Shown here in pieces: positions 1 to 10,165 of a stretch of DNA of 64,000 nucleotides. A program made the position numbers and the translations under genes. Source of the stretch: an uncultured delta proteobacterium. Lineage in GTDB: Bacteria > Myxococcota_A > UBA9160 > UBA4427. The stretch covers positions 288,001 through 352,000 of the forward strand of contig CAWGJT010000006.1 of assembly GCA_963822965.1 (NCBI GenBank), written 5' to 3'. The notes under the pieces are model-generated. The model had not been told where the DNA came from, did not search any database, and saw only the letters and a program-made list of their open reading frames with translations. Each line of letters starts with the position of its first letter. The first letter of the stretch is position 1.

Positions 1-539
1 AAGCCCTCCTTGTCGATCTCGAGCCATTGCGGGATGGCGCGCCCTTCGAGGGTCGCCAGCGCGGCCGCGATGCGCTCGACCTTGTGCGACTTCTCGCGCA
101 CCGAGACCACCTGCCCCGCCTTCACGCGGATGGACGGCGTGCTGGCCTTGCGGCCGTCGATCGCGAAATGCCCGTGCCGGATGAGCTGGCGCGCCTCGTT
201 GCGCGAGGTCGCGAAGCCCAGCCGGAAGACCACGTTGTCCAGCCGCCGCTCGAGCAGCATGAGCAGGTTCTCGCCGGAACGTCCCTTCATGCGCGAAGCG
301 CGGTCGAAGGTGCTGCGGAACTGGTGCTCGAGCAGCCCGTACATGCGCTTCACCTTCTGCTTCTCGCGCAGCTGTACGCCGTAGTCGGAGAAGCGGCTGC
401 GGCCCTGGCCGTGCATTCCCGGCGGATAGGCGCGCTTCTCGATGGCGCACTTCTCCGAGAAGCAGCGGTCTCCCTTCAGGAAGAGCTTTGTGCCCTCGCG
501 CCGGCACAGCCGGCAGGCGGATCCCAGATAACGTGCCAT
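1..539 (-). CDS. rpsD: 30S ribosomal protein S4 (3' part runs off window start)
   Basis: Manual translation from ATG at 539: [26 protein letters not shown]; follows rpsK in the alpha cluster; not in the ORF track because truncated. Confidence 0.97.
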   Translation of the reverse strand, partial: MARYLGSACRLCRREGTKLFLKGDRCFSEKCAIEKRAYPPGMHGQGRSRFSDYGVQLREKQKVKRMYGLLEHQFRSTFDRASRMKGRSGENLLMLLERRLDNVVFRLGFATSRNEARQLIRHGHFAIDGRKASTPSIRVKAGQVVSVREKSHKVERIAAALATLEGRAIPQWLEIDKEG

Positions 540-561
540 TCGTGTCTTCCTCTCGGTCCTG

Positions 562-951
562 CTAGACCCGCCGCCGCTTCGGCGGGCGGCAACCGTTGTG
601 CGGAATCGGGGTCACGTCGCGGATCATCGTGATCCGCATGCCCGCGCCCTGCAGCGCGCGCAGCGCGGACTCACGCCCGGCGCCCGGACCCTTCACGTAG
701 ACGCCCAGGGTGCGAACCCCGTGCTCCTGCGCCTTCTTGGCGCACTCCTCCGCCGCCATCTGGGCGGCGAAGGGCGTAGACTTGCGCGAGCCCTTGAATC
801 CCTGCTGGCCGGCGCTCGCCCAGGCGACGGCGTTGCCACCGACGTCGGTGATCGTGATGATCGTGTTGTTGAAGGTCGACTGGATGTGCGCGACACCCGT
901 CTGGATGTTCTTCTTGACCTTCTTCTTCCGAACCGTCTTCTTTGCTGCCAT
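562..951 (-). CDS. rpsK: 30S ribosomal protein S11
   Basis: [12 protein letters not shown] and [15 protein letters not shown] motifs. Confidence 0.99.
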   Translation of the reverse strand: MAAKKTVRKKKVKKNIQTGVAHIQSTFNNTIITITDVGGNAVAWASAGQQGFKGSRKSTPFAAQMAAEECAKKAQEHGVRTLGVYVKGPGAGRESALRALQGAGMRITMIRDVTPIPHNGCRPPKRRRV

Positions 952-1027
952 GGTTTCCCGTCTACCCGGTTGATCGCGAAGTCCGGCGGGGCGGCGACGG
1001 CGAATCTGCGCCGTACCGCACCCCCCC

Positions 1028-1405
1028 TCACTTCGCGGGCTTCTTCTTTCCCGCGATGGTCTTGGCGGGGCCCTTCCGGGTCCGCGCGTTCGTGTGGGTC
1101 CGCTGGCCGCGCACGGGAAGACCGCGGCGGTGCCGCAGCCCCCGGTAGCAGCCGATGTCCATCAGCATCTTGATGTTCTGGTTGACCTCGCGGCGCAGGT
1201 CGCCTTCGACCTTGTGGTCGCGCTCGATCACCTCGCGGATCTTGATCACCTCCGCCTCGCTCAGGTGGTCGGTCTTCGTGCTGCCCTCGACGCCGGCCCG
1301 CTCGCAGATCTCGAGGGCCTTCGAGCGCCCGATGCCGAAGATGTACGTCAGCGAGATCTCGATCCGCTTCTGCCGGGGCAGGTCGATGCCCGCGATTCGC
1401 GCCAT
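1028..1405 (-). CDS. rpsM: 30S ribosomal protein S13
   Basis: [37 protein letters not shown]. Confidence 0.99.
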   Translation of the reverse strand: MARIAGIDLPRQKRIEISLTYIFGIGRSKALEICERAGVEGSTKTDHLSEAEVIKIREVIERDHKVEGDLRREVNQNIKMLMDIGCYRGLRHRRGLPVRGQRTHTNARTRKGPAKTIAGKKKPAK

Positions 1406-1483
1406 TTTCTGTCCTCCGCCTCTCGCCCGCCGCCCCCGCTCCGTGGCGGTGCCGCGCTGAATTCCTGCTGCCGGGCCCCGGCC

Positions 1484-1536
1484 GACGAACCCGCTGGCTT
1501 CGTCGGCGACGCTAGCCGACCCCTCCAGGGCCGGCC
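1484..1536 (-). promoter_or_regulatory. Two-hairpin repeated element upstream of rpsM (GGA-loop hairpin plus ACGAA-N9-TTCGT)
   Basis: Same architecture and spacing as 7884-7936; first hairpin matches 20/23 with pairing-preserving changes. Confidence 0.6.
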
Positions 1537-1538
1537 GG

Positions 1539-1652
1539 CTAGCCCTGGCGCTGCTTGTGTTTCGGGTTCTCGCAGATCACGCGTACGACACCCCGACGCC
1601 GGATGACCCGGCACTTCTCGCACATCTTCCTGACCGATGATCGAACCTTCAT
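1539..1652 (-). CDS. rpmJ: 50S ribosomal protein L36 (Zn-binding type)
   Basis: Manual translation [37 protein letters not shown]; below the ORF-track size cutoff. Confidence 0.98.
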   Translation of the reverse strand: MKVRSSVRKMCEKCRVIRRRGVVRVICENPKHKQRQG

Positions 1653-1671
1653 TGCGTCCCCGCCCTGCCTT

Positions 1672-2457
1672 TCAGTGAGATCCCGTGGTGCGCGTCAGGA
1701 CCTCCGGTCCGTCGTCGGTGATCAGGACCGTGTGCTCGAAGTGCACCGACAGCTCGCCGTCCTCGGTCACCGCCGTCCACTCGTCGTCGAGCATGCGCAC
1801 GCGCTCGCTGCCCGCATTCACCATCGGCTCGATCGCGAAGACCATGCCCGGAAGGAGCCGCGGCCCACGCCCCGGCCGCCCGTAGTTCGGGATCTGCGGA
1901 AGCTCGTGCATCACCCGTCCGATCCCGTGTCCCACGAACTGCCGCACCACCCCGTAGCCCGCGCCCTCCGCCCGCGCCTGCACGGCGTGGCCGATGTCCG
2001 AGAGGCGGTTGCCGGGCACCATCTGCGCGATTCCCTGATAGAGCGCGTCGTGGGTCGTCTCCATCAGGTCCCGCGCATCCGGGTCGAGCTCTCCCACGGG
2101 GATCGTGCAGGCCGAATCCGCGTGGAATCCGCGCGTGCTGATGCCGAAGTCGAGGCTCAGGAGGTCGCCCGGCTGGAGCTCCCGCTTGCCGGGGATGCCG
2201 TGGACGATCTCGTCGTTCACCGAGACGCACAGCACGGCCGGATACGGCGGCAGCCCGCCGGGATCGTAGCCGAGAAACGACGATTCGATGCCCCGCCGGG
2301 CGATCTCCCGGGCGGCGACGTCGTTGAGCTCGCCGGTGGTCACCCCGGGCTTCGCCCGGTCGCGGAGGACGAGCAGGATCTCGGCCACGTGCTGCCCGGC
2401 CTCCCGCATCACCTCGATCTCGCGGCGGGTCTTGATCGGAATGCGCTGCCCCATCAT
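1672..2457 (-). CDS. map: Type I methionine aminopeptidase
   Basis: [28 protein letters not shown] motifs; ATG overlaps the adk stop (ATGA). Confidence 0.97.
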   Translation of the reverse strand: MMGQRIPIKTRREIEVMREAGQHVAEILLVLRDRAKPGVTTGELNDVAAREIARRGIESSFLGYDPGGLPPYPAVLCVSVNDEIVHGIPGKRELQPGDLLSLDFGISTRGFHADSACTIPVGELDPDARDLMETTHDALYQGIAQMVPGNRLSDIGHAVQARAEGAGYGVVRQFVGHGIGRVMHELPQIPNYGRPGRGPRLLPGMVFAIEPMVNAGSERVRMLDDEWTAVTEDGELSVHFEHTVLITDDGPEVLTRTTGSH

Positions 2458-3026
2458 GCCAGCGCCTCCTCGAGGCGTTGCGCCACCTCTTCGACGCTCC
2501 CCATGCCGGAGACCTCGACGAGCAGGCCCTGGTCGCGGTAGTGGTCCAGCAGCGGAGCCGTCTTCTCCGCGTAGACGCGCATGCGCTCGCGAATCGTCTC
2601 CTCGTTGTCGTCGGTCCGACCCTCGATCTCCGCCCGCTTGAGCAGGCGCGTCACCACCTCGTCCGCGTCCACGGTGATGGCCAGGCAGCAGTCGAGCGGC
2701 GTCCCCAGCTCGGCGAGCATCGCGTCGAGCGCCTGGGCCTGGCCGTCCGTGCGCGGGAAGCCGTCGAGGATGAACCCCTTCTCGCAATCCGCCTGCGATA
2801 GGCGATCGCGGGCGATGGCGATCACGATCTCGTCGCCGACCAGCGCCCCCGCGTCCATGACCGCCTTCGCCTGACGGCCCACGGGCGTCCCGGCGGCCAC
2901 CGCCGCGCGGAGCATGTCGCCGGTGGAGACGTGGGGGACGCCGAGACGCTTCGCCAGGAGCACGGCCTGGGTGCCCTTGCCGGCTCCCGGCGCGCCCAGC
3001 AGCACGATGCGGGTGGAGGGACTCAT
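2454..3026 (-). CDS. adk: Adenylate kinase (short, LID-less type)
   Basis: GAPGAGKGTQA P-loop, STGDMLR, LDGFPR, GRTDDNEETI. Confidence 0.97.
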   Translation of the reverse strand: MSPSTRIVLLGAPGAGKGTQAVLLAKRLGVPHVSTGDMLRAAVAAGTPVGRQAKAVMDAGALVGDEIVIAIARDRLSQADCEKGFILDGFPRTDGQAQALDAMLAELGTPLDCCLAITVDADEVVTRLLKRAEIEGRTDDNEETIRERMRVYAEKTAPLLDHYRDQGLLVEVSGMGSVEEVAQRLEEALA

Positions 3027-4333
3027 CGTCCGAGCCTCCCGCGAATGCGCGCGCCCTTGGCGAGCCCCTCGTACTGACGGGAGACCAGGTGCGACTCGAT
3101 CTGGCCCACCGTGTCGAGCGCGACGGAGACGACGATGAGCAGCGCCGTGCCCCCGAAGTAGAACGGGATGGCGAAGCGCTGGGAGAGGATCACCGGCAGG
3201 ACGCACACCGCCGAGACGTAGATGGCCCCGATCAGGGTCAGCCGGCTCAGGACGTGGTCGATGTACTCCGCGGTCTTCTTGCCGGGCCGGATCCCCGGGA
3301 TGTAGCCCCCGAAGCGCTTGATGTTCTCGGAGACGTCCACGGGATTGATGATGATCGCCGTGTAGAAGTAGCAGAAGAAGATGATCAGGGTGACGTAGAT
3401 CGTGTTGTAGAGCGTGCTTCCCGGGTTCAGGAAGGTGTCGATGAACTGCTGCACCGCCGGGGAGTTGCTGAACTGCCGCAGGGTGAGCGGGAACATCAGC
3501 AGCGAGGACGCGAAGATGGGAGGAATCACGCCGGCGGTGTTCACGCGCAGCGGGAAGTAGCTCATGCCGCCCTGGGTGACCCGGCGTCCCACGACGCGCC
3601 GCGCGTGCTGGATCGGGATCCGCCGCTGGCTGCGCTCCACGTACACGACGCCCGCCAGGACCACCACCACCAGAGCCCCCAGCAGCAACGCCTCGAGCGG
3701 GGTGAACTGGTCGGTGCGGATCAGGTCCATGAGCCGGGAGAGGCCGGAGGGAATGCGCACGATGATGCCCGAGAAGATGATCAGCGAGATGCCGTTGCCG
3801 ATGCCCCGCTCCGTCACCTGCTCGCCGAGCCACATGATGAAGGCCGTGCCGCAGGTGAGTGTGATCATCGTCGTCAGGCGAAAGCCCCAGCCCGGGTTGA
3901 TGACGGCGCCGCTGCCGAATTGCCCGCCTTCGAGGGCCGTCGCGATCAGCAGGCTCTGGAAGCCGGCCAGGACGACCGTGGCGTAGCGCGACCACTGGTT
4001 GATCTTCTTCTGGCCCTGCTCGCCCTCGTTCTTCAGGGCTTCCAGCTGGGGGATCACGACCGTCAGCAGCTGAAAGATGATGGTGGCGCTGATGTAGGGC
4101 ATGATGCCCAGCGAGAAGACCGAGAGCTGTTCGAGGGCGCCTCCCGAGAAGAGGTTGAAGAGGCCGAACACGGTTCCGGACATCTGCTGGAAGAAGTCGC
4201 GGATCACCTGCGGGTTGATTCCGGGCGTGACGATCACGCAGCCGACGCGATAGACGGCGAGCATGGCGAAGGTGAAGAGGATGCGCTTTCGCAGCTCCTC
4301 GATCCTTCCGATGTTCTGCAGCCCGGCGAGCAC
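3023..4333 (-). CDS. secY: Preprotein translocase subunit SecY
   Basis: LGIMPYISA, GIGNGISLII, IPGIRPG motifs; GTG start chosen just after the rplO stop. Confidence 0.98.
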   Translation of the reverse strand: MLAGLQNIGRIEELRKRILFTFAMLAVYRVGCVIVTPGINPQVIRDFFQQMSGTVFGLFNLFSGGALEQLSVFSLGIMPYISATIIFQLLTVVIPQLEALKNEGEQGQKKINQWSRYATVVLAGFQSLLIATALEGGQFGSGAVINPGWGFRLTTMITLTCGTAFIMWLGEQVTERGIGNGISLIIFSGIIVRIPSGLSRLMDLIRTDQFTPLEALLLGALVVVVLAGVVYVERSQRRIPIQHARRVVGRRVTQGGMSYFPLRVNTAGVIPPIFASSLLMFPLTLRQFSNSPAVQQFIDTFLNPGSTLYNTIYVTLIIFFCYFYTAIIINPVDVSENIKRFGGYIPGIRPGKKTAEYIDHVLSRLTLIGAIYVSAVCVLPVILSQRFAIPFYFGGTALLIVVSVALDTVGQIESHLVSRQYEGLAKGARIRGRLGR

Positions 4334-4334
4334 C

Positions 4335-4775
4335 CTAGACGAGCTCCACGCTTCCACCGGCGGCTTCGACCTTCTGTCGAGCTCCGGCGCTGATTCGATT
4401 GACCTTCACGCTGAGGTTTCGCGGTGCGTCCCCGTTTCCCAGCACCTTGACCAGCGCGCCCGTACCGCGAATGAGCCCCTGCTCCGCGAGGGAGGCGAGG
4501 TCTACCGTCGCACCGTCCCCGAACGCCGCCAGCGCAGCGAGATTCACGATCTCCACGTCCTTGCGGAAGTGGTTCGTGAAGCCCTTCTTGGGCAGGCGCA
4601 TGTTGAGCGGCATCTGGCCGCCCTCGAAGCCCTGACGCACGGGATGTCCGGTCCCGCGCTTCCCCTGTCCCTTCACGCCGTGCGTGGACGTCTTGCCCCG
4701 ACCCGAGCCGGGGCCGCGTCCGAGACGCTTGCGGCCCCGTTTGGATCCGGGATTCGGCTTGAGCCGATCCAGCAT
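4335..4775 (-). CDS. rplO: 50S ribosomal protein L15
   Basis: GRGPGSGRGKT; GFEGGQMPL..RLPKKGF. Confidence 0.98.
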   Translation of the reverse strand: MLDRLKPNPGSKRGRKRLGRGPGSGRGKTSTHGVKGQGKRGTGHPVRQGFEGGQMPLNMRLPKKGFTNHFRKDVEIVNLAALAAFGDGATVDLASLAEQGLIRGTGALVKVLGNGDAPRNLSVKVNRISAGARQKVEAAGGSVELV

Positions 4776-4779
4776 TGCC

Positions 4780-4986
4780 CTAGTCCTCCACCACCGCGAT
4801 CAGATGGCGCACCTTCGCGATCATGCCGCGCACGGACGGCGTGTCCTCGACCTCGACCACCCGGTGCATCCGGCGAATGCCCAGCCCGCGCAGAGTGGCT
4901 CGCTGCCGCTCGTTGTATCCGATCTCGCTCTTGACCTGCCGGAGGCGAATGCGCCCCTTCGAAGTCGTACCGCCCGATTCGCTCAC
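4780..4986 (-). CDS. rpmD: 50S ribosomal protein L30
   Basis: QVKSEIG..QRATLRGLGIRR..DTPSVRGMIAKVRHL; GTG start 6 nt after a GAGGAG SD. Confidence 0.95.
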   Translation of the reverse strand: MSESGGTTSKGRIRLRQVKSEIGYNERQRATLRGLGIRRMHRVVEVEDTPSVRGMIAKVRHLIAVVED

Positions 4987-5035
4987 CACCGTCTCCTCTC
5001 CCTGCCCCGCCTGCCCGGCCCCGAGCCGCCCCGCC

Positions 5036-5058
5036 AGCCGACCCATCCTGGGTCGGCC
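5036..5058 (-). repeat. 23-nt GGA-loop hairpin, identical to 7914-7936
   Basis: agccgacccatcctgggtcggcc occurs verbatim at both sites; 2 nt after the rpsE stop. Confidence 0.85.
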
Positions 5059-5060
5059 CG

Positions 5061-5567
5061 CTAGGAGCGCCGCCGTCCGAGCTCCGCCAGCCGGGCATCC
5101 GGCTCCTCGAGCTCCTGCAGCCCCACCATCACGGCGTTCACCACGTTGCGCGGATTGTTCGTTCCCAGCGTCTTGGTGAGGATGTCGCTCACCCCCGCCG
5201 TCTCGAGCACCGCACGCACCGGCCCGCCTGCAATCACGCCCGTACCGGGCGACGCGGGCTTCAACAGCACCCGACCCGCACCGAAGCAGCCCAGCACCTC
5301 GTGGGGAAGCGTCCCCTCGATGATCGGAACGCGGATCAGCGTGCGCCGCGCCCGCTCGACCCCTTTCCGGATCGCCTCGGGCACCTCGCCGGCCTTGCCG
5401 AGCCCCACGCCGACCACGCCCGCGCCGTCTCCGACGACCACCAGGGCGCTGAACGAGAAGCGGCGACCGCCCTTCACCACCTTCGCGACGCGGTTGATGT
5501 GGATCACCCGGTCGTTCAGCTCGTAGTCGTTCGGATTGATGTGCGATCCCTGTACCAGAGTTGCCAT
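5061..5567 (-). CDS. rpsE: 30S ribosomal protein S5
   Basis: [24 protein letters not shown]. Confidence 0.99.
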   Translation of the reverse strand: MATLVQGSHINPNDYELNDRVIHINRVAKVVKGGRRFSFSALVVVGDGAGVVGVGLGKAGEVPEAIRKGVERARRTLIRVPIIEGTLPHEVLGCFGAGRVLLKPASPGTGVIAGGPVRAVLETAGVSDILTKTLGTNNPRNVVNAVMVGLQELEEPDARLAELGRRRS

Positions 5568-5568
5568 G

Positions 5569-5934
5569 TCAGAACTCGAGCCCCGCTTCCCGCGCCGCAT
5601 CGGCCAGGGCCTTGATGCGTCCGTGAAAGAGAAATCCATTTCGGTTGAAGACGACGCGTTCGATGCGCCGCTCGCGCGCCTGTCGTGCGATCTCGGCGCC
5701 GACCCGCTTGGCCGCCTCGACGTTGCCGGTCCCGCCGCCGTCGACGACGCCCTTCGTGCGCGTCGAAACGGTGCAGATGGTCCGACCCTCGGTATCCACG
5801 ATCTGCGCGTAGATGTGCTTCGCGCTGCGGAAGACCGTGAGCCGCGCCCGATCGCTCGTGCCCAGACCCGTGCGCACACGGTTGCGCCGTGCGATCCACT
5901 TGCGGGACTTCTCGTTCGCCGACTTCCTCTTCAT
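5569..5934 (-). CDS. rplR: 50S ribosomal protein L18
   Basis: [34 protein letters not shown]. Confidence 0.98.
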   Translation of the reverse strand: MKRKSANEKSRKWIARRNRVRTGLGTSDRARLTVFRSAKHIYAQIVDTEGRTICTVSTRTKGVVDGGGTGNVEAAKRVGAEIARQARERRIERVVFNRNGFLFHGRIKALADAAREAGLEF

Positions 5935-5993
5935 TTCCTTCTCCGCTCTCCCGCGGGCCGCGGCGTCTCCGCCCCGAACCGCGTGAAGGCACG

Positions 5994-6533
5994 CTATGCC
6001 GCGCCGGCCTTTCCGACCTTGCGTCTCACCTGCTCGTCGGCGTACCGCACGCCCTTGCCCTTGTACGGCTCGGGCGGCCGCTTGCCGCGGATGTTCGCCG
6101 CGAACTGCCCCACGAGCTCCTTGTCGATCCCCTCGACGACCAGACGCGTGCCACCCTCGACGGCGACCGAGAGCCCCTTCGGGATCTCCATGTCCACCGG
6201 GTGCGAGTAGCCGAGCAGCAGGTTCAGCGTGTTGCCGGAGACCGAGGCGCGATAGCCCACGCCCTGGATGTCCAGCTGCTTCCGGAATCCCTCGGTCACG
6301 CCCGTCACGAGGTTCGCCGTGATTGCACGCGCGAGCCCGTGCAGCGAACGGCTCTGCTTCGAGTCGTCCGGCCGCTTGAGGCTGATCGCGTCATCCCCGA
6401 TCTCGACGGCGATCCGCTCGGGGAGGTTCTTCGACAGGGTTCCCTTGGGACCCTTCACCTCCACGGCCCCGGCGTTCAGCTTGACGGTCACGCCGCTCGG
6501 GAGCGGGATGGGGAGCTTTCCGATCCGGGACAT
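5994..6533 (-). CDS. rplF: 50S ribosomal protein L6
   Basis: [22 protein letters not shown]. Confidence 0.99.
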   Translation of the reverse strand: MSRIGKLPIPLPSGVTVKLNAGAVEVKGPKGTLSKNLPERIAVEIGDDAISLKRPDDSKQSRSLHGLARAITANLVTGVTEGFRKQLDIQGVGYRASVSGNTLNLLLGYSHPVDMEIPKGLSVAVEGGTRLVVEGIDKELVGQFAANIRGKRPPEPYKGKGVRYADEQVRRKVGKAGAA

Positions 6534-6535
6534 CG

Positions 6536-6931
6536 CTACCAGACCTCGCAGATGATTTCGCCGCCCACCTTGGCTTCGCGGGCTTCGCGGTCGCACATCA
6601 CGCCCTTGGGCGTGGACAGGATCACCATGCCGAGGCCGTTCCGAACCTGCGGGATCTCGCCCACCCCGACGTAGACCCGGCGCCCCGGCCGGCTCACTCG
6701 CTTGATTCCGTCGACCATGGTCCGGCCGTCGTCCCGGTAACGCAGACCGATGGTCATCAGGTCGTGGCTCTCACCGCTCTGGCTGCTCACTTCTCCGACG
6801 AAGCCCTCCTGGGAGAGCACGCGGGCCACCGCCATCTTCAGCTTCGAAGCGGCGCAGCTCGTCTTGCGGTGCCGCGCGGAACCGGCGTTCCGGATGCGCG
6901 TGAGCATGTCGCCGATCGGGTCAGTCATCAT
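6536..6931 (-). CDS. rpsH: 30S ribosomal protein S8
   Basis: MTDPIGDMLTRIRNA; RVSRPGRRVY; GGEIICEVW. Confidence 0.99.
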   Translation of the reverse strand: MMTDPIGDMLTRIRNAGSARHRKTSCAASKLKMAVARVLSQEGFVGEVSSQSGESHDLMTIGLRYRDDGRTMVDGIKRVSRPGRRVYVGVGEIPQVRNGLGMVILSTPKGVMCDREAREAKVGGEIICEVW

Positions 6932-6950
6932 GATCGTCTCTCCCTGGCCC

Positions 6951-7493
6951 TCAGGATGCGAACGGCATGCCGAGGTGCGCGAGCAGCGCCTTCCCTTCGG
7001 CATCCGTCCTGGCCGTGGTCACCACGGTGATGTTGAGTCCGGTAACGCGCTCCACCGAGTCGTAGTCGATCTCCGGGAAGATGATCTGCTCTCGGACGCC
7101 CAGGGTGTAGTTGCCGCGCCCGTCGAAGGACTTGCCCGAGACGCCCTTGAAATCGCGCACGCGGGGCAGCGCGACGTTCACCAGGCGGTCGAGGAACTCC
7201 CAGCAGCGGGCGCCCCGCAGCGTCACCATCGCGCCGATCGCCTGCCCCTCCCGCAGCTTGAAATTCGAGACGCTCTTCTTCGCGCGGCGGACGTTGGCTT
7301 TCTGCCCGGTGATCTGTCCCAGCTCCTCGACCGCCCGCTCGAGCAGCTTCGGATTCTGCGTGGCTTCGCCCACGCCGATGTTGACGACCACCTTCTCCAC
7401 CCGGGGAACCTGATGGGTGTTCTTGTACGAGAATTCGCTCTGCAGCTTCGGGACGATTTCGCTCCGGTACCGCTCGAGCAGTCGGGGGGCCAT
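6951..7493 (-). CDS. rplE: 50S ribosomal protein L5
   Basis: [23 protein letters not shown]. Confidence 0.99.
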   Translation of the reverse strand: MAPRLLERYRSEIVPKLQSEFSYKNTHQVPRVEKVVVNIGVGEATQNPKLLERAVEELGQITGQKANVRRAKKSVSNFKLREGQAIGAMVTLRGARCWEFLDRLVNVALPRVRDFKGVSGKSFDGRGNYTLGVREQIIFPEIDYDSVERVTGLNITVVTTARTDAEGKALLAHLGMPFAS

Positions 7494-7862
7494 CTAGAGC
7501 ACCTCCGGCGCCAGGGACACGATCTTCATGTACCCCCGTGCACGCAGCTCGCGAGCCACCGGGCCGAAGATCCGCGTCCCGATGACTTCCTTGTTGTTGT
7601 CGATCAGCACGGCCGCGTTCTCGTCGAAGCGGATGTAGGAGCCGTCGCGGCGGCCGATGTTCTTCTTCGTCCGGACGATCACCGCCCGGCGGACCTCGCC
7701 CTTCTTCACACGAGCGTTCGGGATCGCTTCGGACACGGCGACGACGATGATGTCGCCCACCGAGGCCTCCCGGCGCCTCGAGCCGCCGAGCACCCGGATG
7801 CACTTCACGCGCCTCGCCCCGGAGTTGTCGGCGACACTCAATTTGGATTCTGCCCTGATCAT
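7494..7862 (-). CDS. rplN: 50S ribosomal protein L14
   Basis: [28 protein letters not shown]. Confidence 0.99.
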   Translation of the reverse strand: MIRAESKLSVADNSGARRVKCIRVLGGSRRREASVGDIIVVAVSEAIPNARVKKGEVRRAVIVRTKKNIGRRDGSYIRFDENAAVLIDNNKEVIGTRIFGPVARELRARGYMKIVSLAPEVL

Positions 7863-7883
7863 CTCGAGAACCCTCGACTCCCT

Positions 7884-7936
7884 GACGAATCCCAGGGATT
7901 CGTGTGCTGCGCGAGCCGACCCATCCTGGGTCGGCC
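7884..7936 (-). promoter_or_regulatory. Two-hairpin repeated element upstream of rplN
   Basis: GGA-loop 23-mer, 10-nt spacer, ACGAA-N9-TTCGT; homologous to 1484-1536. Confidence 0.6.
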
Positions 7937-7940
7937 ACCG

Positions 7941-8204
7941 CTAGACGCCCGTCGCACGGACGACCGTCTCCTGAACCTTCCAGCGCTTCCGCTTGGAGAG
8001 CGGCCGGTGCTCGATGATCCGTACCCGGTCTCCGTTCTTGCAGTCGTTGGCCTCGTCGTGGGCCAGGAACCGGGAATAGCGGCGCACGTACTTCTTGTAC
8101 TGCCGGTCCTTCACCAGACGCTCCACGCGCACGACCACGGTCTTGTCCATCTTGTCGCTGACGACTGTTCCTACCAATGTCCGCCGACGCCCTCGTTCGC
8201 TCAC
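7941..8204 (-). CDS. rpsQ: 30S ribosomal protein S17
   Basis: GTVVSDKMDKTVVV; RPLSKRKRW. Confidence 0.99.
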   Translation of the reverse strand: MSERGRRRTLVGTVVSDKMDKTVVVRVERLVKDRQYKKYVRRYSRFLAHDEANDCKNGDRVRIIEHRPLSKRKRWKVQETVVRATGV

Positions 8205-8398
8205 TTCGTCGCCTCACGCTTCTCGGAGAGCACAGTTTCGACTCTCGCTACGTCCCGGCGCAGCCACTTCAGCTTCGCCGTGTCCTCGAGCTGTCCCGTG
8301 GCATGCTTGACCTTCGCATTGAAGAACTCGCTGCGGGCCTCGCGGACCTTCTGGGCCAGCTCTTCGATGCCTAGCTCTCTCAGCTCCGACGCCTTCAT
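8201..8398 (-). CDS. rpmC: 50S ribosomal protein L29
   Basis: MKASELRE; ATGQLEDT; RRDVARVET. Confidence 0.97.
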   Translation of the reverse strand: MKASELRELGIEELAQKVREARSEFFNAKVKHATGQLEDTAKLKWLRRDVARVETVLSEKREATK

Positions 8399-8410
8399 CG
8401 ATGCCTCCGC

Positions 8411-8821
8411 TCAGTCTTCGCGCACGACGAAACGCGTCTGCACGGAGAGCTTGTGCGCCGCAAGGCGGAAGGCCTCCCGGGCCACGGTCTCGTCGACGCC
8501 TTCCATCTCGTACAGCATCCGCCCGGGCTTCACCGGGGCCACCCAGGCCTCGGGATTCCCCTTCCCCTTGCCCATGCGGGTCTCGGCGGGCTTCTTGCTC
8601 ACCGGCTTCGCCGGAAAGAGCCGAATCCAGACCTTGCCACCGCGCTTCACGTGCCGCGTCATCGCAATCCGGGCCGCCTCGATCTGGCGGGCCGTGACGA
8701 AGCCCGCGGAGACCGCCTGCAGACCGTAGTCTCCGAAAGAGACCTGGTTGCCGCGCATCGACTTGCCGCGATTGCGTCCCTTGAACGACTTCCGATGCTT
8801 CACCTTCTTCGGCTGGAGCAT
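8411..8821 (-). CDS. rplP: 50S ribosomal protein L16
   Basis: [23 protein letters not shown]. Confidence 0.99.
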   Translation of the reverse strand: MLQPKKVKHRKSFKGRNRGKSMRGNQVSFGDYGLQAVSAGFVTARQIEAARIAMTRHVKRGGKVWIRLFPAKPVSKKPAETRMGKGKGNPEAWVAPVKPGRMLYEMEGVDETVAREAFRLAAHKLSVQTRFVVRED

Positions 8822-8827
8822 GCCCGC

Positions 8828-9508
8828 CTACCTCGCCGGATCGGCCTGCAGGTGCTGCCCGAGCGGCCCCTTGTGCAGGTCCTTGTCGCCCACCTCGCCC
8901 TTGAACACCCAGCACTTGACCCCGATCGTGCCGTAGGTCGTGTGGGCCTCCGCGAAGCCGTACTCGATGTCCGCTCGCAGGGTGTGCAACGGCACACGGC
9001 CGTCGCGGTACCACTCGCGTCGCCCCATCTCGGCGCCGCCCAGGCGCCCCGAGCACTGGATGCGGATGCCCTCCGCGCCGAACTTCATCGTCGAGACCAT
9101 CGCCTTCTTCATGGCGCGCCGGAAGGCGACACGGCGCTCGAGCTGCAGCGCGATGTTCTCGGCCACGAGCTGTGCGTCGAGCTCCGCCTTCCGGATCTCC
9201 TTCACGTTGATGAAGATGTCGCGCGGCGTGAACTGCTTGAGCTCCGCGCGCAACACCTCCACTTCCGCCCCGCGCTTGCCGATGAGGATGCCGGGCCGCG
9301 CCGTGTGGATGTTCACGACCAGCTTCTCACCCGTGCGCTCGATCACCACCTTCGAGATGCCCGCGTGATAGAGCTTCTTCTTGATGTAGTTCCGAACCTT
9401 CACGTCTTCGTGGAGCTGTTCGGCGTAGTGCTTGTCGGCGTACCAATTGGACTGCCACCCATAGAGGGTGCCCAATCGGAAACCGTAGGGATGAACCTTC
9501 TGACCCAC
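8828..9508 (-). CDS. rpsC: 30S ribosomal protein S3
   Basis: GTG start; [24 protein letters not shown]. Confidence 0.99.
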   Translation of the reverse strand: MGQKVHPYGFRLGTLYGWQSNWYADKHYAEQLHEDVKVRNYIKKKLYHAGISKVVIERTGEKLVVNIHTARPGILIGKRGAEVEVLRAELKQFTPRDIFINVKEIRKAELDAQLVAENIALQLERRVAFRRAMKKAMVSTMKFGAEGIRIQCSGRLGGAEMGRREWYRDGRVPLHTLRADIEYGFAEAHTTYGTIGVKCWVFKGEVGDKDLHKGPLGQHLQADPAR

Positions 9509-9540
9509 GCGTACTCCTTGCTCGTCGGCTCGTCCTGGAC

Positions 9541-9888
9541 CTAGCGCTCGTCCAGCTCGACGCTGATATGGCTCGTTCGCTTCTGCACCCACGTCGCCCG
9601 ACCCTGGGCACGCGGCCGGATCCGCCACATGCTGGGACCCTCGTCGACGGTGATCTTCTTCACGACGAGCTTGTCGATGTCGATGCCCGCCTGGTGCTCG
9701 TCGTTCTTGTTCTCTGCGTTCGCCACCGCGGAGCGGAGCAGCTTCGCGAGCGGTCCCGCGAAGCGCTTGTCCGAGAGCGAGAGGCGATTGAGGGCGTCCT
9801 CGACCCCCAGCCCGCGCACCAGGCCCACCACGAGGCGCGCCTTCCGGGCGCTGATTCGGTGATTCTTGAGCGAAGCCGTGACCGCCAT
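9541..9888 (-). CDS. rplV: 50S ribosomal protein L22
   Basis: [24 protein letters not shown]. Confidence 0.99.
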   Translation of the reverse strand: MAVTASLKNHRISARKARLVVGLVRGLGVEDALNRLSLSDKRFAGPLAKLLRSAVANAENKNDEHQAGIDIDKLVVKKITVDEGPSMWRIRPRAQGRATWVQKRTSHISVELDER

Positions 9889-9889
9889 C

Positions 9890-10165
9890 TCAGCGCTTCA
9901 CCTTCCGGTCGGACGCGTGCCCCGTGAACTTCCGCGTCGGGGCAAACTCGCCCAGGCGGTGGCCGACCATGTTCTCGGTCACGAAGACCGGCATGAAGAG
10001 CTTGCCGTTGTGCACGTGGAAGGTCTGTCCCACGAACTCGGGCGTGATCATCGAACGCCGAGACCAGGTCCGCACGACCTGCTTCGAGCCCGACTTCTGC
10101 ACCTTGTCGATCTTGCGCTGCAGGCTGGGATCGACGAACGGGCCCTTTCGGAGTGAGCGCGACAT
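9890..10165 (-). CDS. rpsS: 30S ribosomal protein S19
   Basis: [27 protein letters not shown]. Confidence 0.99.
   Translation of the reverse strand: MSRSLRKGPFVDPSLQRKIDKVQKSGSKQVVRTWSRRSMITPEFVGQTFHVHNGKLFMPVFVTENMVGHRLGEFAPTRKFTGHASDRKVKR

Noticed and set aside
1653..1671. Absence of infA as a stand-alone novelty
   Set aside because: infA is frequently located outside this cluster; it is noted only as part of the combined gene-loss pattern.
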